Part shown: piece after piece, positions 39,131 through 40,543 of the stretch
Layout: each line of letters opens with the position of its first letter
Numbering within the stretch: the stretch's first letter is position 1
From: Octopus sinensis
Taxonomy: Eukaryota
DNA length: 40,543 bases
Assembly (NCBI RefSeq): GCF_006345805.1
Contig: NW_021827584.1
Span: forward strand, 1-40,543
Direction of reading: 5' to 3'
Notes under the pieces: model-generated
The model's input: only the letters and a program-made list of their open reading frames with translations
Told to the model about the DNA's origin: nothing
Database searches by the model: none
Program-made: the position numbers and the translations under genes

Positions 39131-39199
39131 TACAATACACAGAGAGAGAGATATGGATGTATAGATGATTATGTATATACAGGGATAGAAAGTTAGGTA

Positions 39200-39233
<34 letters not shown>

Positions 39234-39324
39234 CTGTAGTAAAAATTTACAAAAAAAAAGAGATGAAGACAGGTATGTAAATAACAGACAGATATATTAG
39301 TCTAACGCTCGGGAAATGAGAAAG

Positions 39325-39364
39325 TCTTCTTACGTTTCGAGCCTACGCTCTTCGACAGAAAGGA
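39325..39364 (-). ncRNA. Minimal type-I hammerhead ribozyme-like motif (Penelope-like element style), with one core substitution
   Basis: Minus strand reads TCCTTT-CTGTCGA-A-GAGC-GTAG-GCTC-GAAAC-GTA-AGAAGA. Stem II is perfect, GAAA is present, stem III is the palindromic ACGT, the cleavage triplet is GUA, and stem I has 5 of 6 pairs. The invariant A6 is changed to U. Confidence 0.55.
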
Positions 39365-39637
39365 ACACAGAAGTAAACGGGGAGAGAAAATAAAAAAACA
39401 TATATATTCACACACACACACATTAAGTGAGGTGTGTTATAGAGAAATTGAAATAAAATTAGTATAATTACATTGATCATATCGACGTTCACGATCAATA
39501 AACAAAATATGCCAATATCTTGAAAATCGAAAAATGTTATTATAAACTTCGAAATCTATTCTTCAGAAGTAATAAAAGAGAAATACGCTTTCTGTGTCTC
39601 TCTCCCTTCTCTCCCCCTTTCACGTGTACGTTTATAT

Positions 39638-39671
<34 letters not shown>

Positions 39672-39950
39672 ATATATATATAATATATATGTGTGTGTGT
39701 ATGTGCGTGTTGGGGCTACAAAGACATAAATTTATACGGCCTATACGTTTACACCTGTACACATACTTTACCTTGCGCGTACACTTGTATACACATACAA
39801 AACCATATAATCATATATAGTTATTTATAAACTATATAACAGATATTATATTAAGTTTGAGTGTATGTGAGGATATGTGGTTAAATATCGACGTATAATA
39901 CAATTTATAGTCTTTTATATATACAACATATGTACACAAGTATACATAAG

Positions 39951-40252
39951 ATTTATTGACACTCCGATGCTTACGACAACGAGGGTTCCAGTTGATGCGA
40001 TAGTGAATTCAACGGGCATGTTCCTGAGGACTCCAGAGACACGTGTACCATGAACGTAGTTACCAGGGAGACATACTGTGACATGGCTGGCTCTTTGAAA
40101 TACAAGTACTGCTCATTTTTGTGATCGAAATTGAACTGGGGCAATGGGAAATAAAGTGTTTCGCTTAGGGACACAACAGGTCGCAGGGTATTGAACTCAC
40201 AATCTTATGATCGGGAGTCGAATATCCTAATCATTAAGCCACGTGCTTTCCC
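39951..40252 (-). mobile_element. SINE family D head with a different body
   Basis: The reverse complement GGGAAAGCACGTGGCTTAATGATTAGG...GTGAGTTCAATACCC...GTTGTGTCCCTAAGCGAAACACTTTATTTC has Pol III A/B-like boxes, followed by ~200 bp of body ending GGAACCCTCGTTGTCGTAAGCATCGGAGTGTC. Confidence 0.8.
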
Positions 40253-40500
40253 TATATACATATGAGCTAGACGCATATATTTACCTATACACAAACACAT
40301 ACTCAATAGGTTCTACGAAGCATATGTTGCATGGTTTGCATACTGGATACGGTGGAAGACATTCAGGGACTATAAAAATCCAAAACTTTTGACTATATTC
40401 AGATTGTCTGAACCTGAAGCCAGTCTAGTAAAAGCTAAACAGCGATCCTTGTTTATAAGACATATACGTATACAAGCATATATACATACATGCATATCTG

Positions 40501-40537
<37 letters not shown>

Positions 40538-40543
40538 ATACAT

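Overview
Eukaryotic, AT-rich, essentially non-coding DNA dominated by simple repeats ((AT)n, (GT)n, (CT)n, (TCTA)n, trinucleotides) and decayed retroposons. The tRNA-derived SINE families and extreme microsatellite density suggest an octopus (cephalopod) genome; this is inference, not a database result. No protein-coding gene can be supported: the supplied ORFs are nearly all microsatellite or SINE translations. There is no CRISPR array and no intact rRNA or tRNA gene. Identifiable content: several modular SINE families (informally A = CORE-like, B, C, D), a 5'-truncated CR1/L2-group LINE 3' end (31814-32134), a heavily decayed APE-endonuclease relic (~33900-34460), and a 5S rRNA pseudogene fused to the SINE-A/LINE-type 3' stem-loop tail (3110-3270). 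Best leads: (1) the 5S-tail chimera together with a LINE that carries the same 3' stem-loop; (2) a Penelope-type minimal hammerhead ribozyme motif near 39.3 kb; (3) a compact ETS/TCT-initiator/YY1/splice-donor cluster near 15.8 kb; (4) (AT)n-centred perfect palindromes. All calls are by eye. Irregularities inside long AT arrays may partly be sequencing or assembly noise.
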